A stretch of DNA of 64,000 bases from the human T2T-CHM13v2.0 reference genome, Homo sapiens, in assembly GCF_009914755.1 (NCBI RefSeq), contig NC_060930.1; one strand, 5' to 3'. Position numbers and translations under genes: made by a program. The notes under the pieces were generated by a model. The model made no database searches. It was not told the origin of the DNA and saw only the letters and a list, made by a program, of their open reading frames with translations. Shown one piece after another: positions 63,444 to 64,000 of the stretch (the first letter of the stretch is position 1; the number at the start of each line of letters is the position of its first letter).

Positions 63444-64000
63444 GATGAGATGTGACTTAGCAATCACTTCAAGGTTTTATGTCTGGTCCACTGGAGTGAT
63501 GGTGTCCCCTTTAGCCTGTGTCGTATGTTTTGTTTCAGGAAAACAGCTTAACTTTTGGGGGTTTCAATTCTCTCATTTGTAAACTGGTTAAAATAATTCT
63601 AGTTTTTCATTTCCCCTTGGATGTTTGGGAATTTTACATGCAATAACATCTGGGAGAGGGCTTGGAAAGCTGCCAAGCACCATGTAACTGTTATCCTGGT
63701 CCCAAAATTAAAAGGAGAGCCTGGGTTTTCGTGGCTTTGCGCTGTCATCTGGCCTGTGATAAATGCTGACTGGCTTCCTCGGCTCGCAGTGACTTTGATG
63801 CATAGTCCCTACTCTGGGGACTGTCGTTTTTGTCATGAGCCTTGTCAGTCAGAGTCTGAAGTGAAACCCACCGATCTATGAACTAGGACACTAGGCTGTT
63901 TACTTCAATGTGTTCATGTTTGTTTATATATATGTGTGCATATAAAGTATAAATATATGTAACAGAAAGTAAAAATGCATATGTATTTAATAAAAGTATA

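Overview
Primate, almost certainly human, genomic DNA: it carries a near-consensus AluYa5 with all five diagnostic bases. About 51 kb of repeat-dense upstream sequence (L1PA/L1M, Alu, MaLR THE1/MST/MLT, ERV1 MER4-group, L2, MIR, hAT MERs) is followed by a CpG island (~51140-52930). The island holds the first coding exon of SLC35F1 (ATG 51986, donor after 52158, + strand), recognised from the peptide MIPPEQPQQQLQPPSPAPPNHVVTTIENLPAEGSGGGGSLSASSRAGVRQRIRKVLNR. The last ~12 kb is intron 1. All other ORFs in the track are decayed L1, Alu-derived, GC-rich or chance ORFs. I see no new multi-gene system. The best leads are regulatory, around the SLC35F1 promoter and leader: a spacer-expanded RE1/REST-like site, a CTCF-like motif, mirror-image AGAGCCGGG-(GGC)n modules, a single 6-codon uORF and a candidate recursive splice site. 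Structural leads include a THE1 LTR split by an in-place inversion, a patchwork junction with a templated 41-nt copy, a young AluYa5, and palindrome/duplication clusters. Repeat subfamily names come from recalled consensus features, and boundaries without TSDs are approximate.
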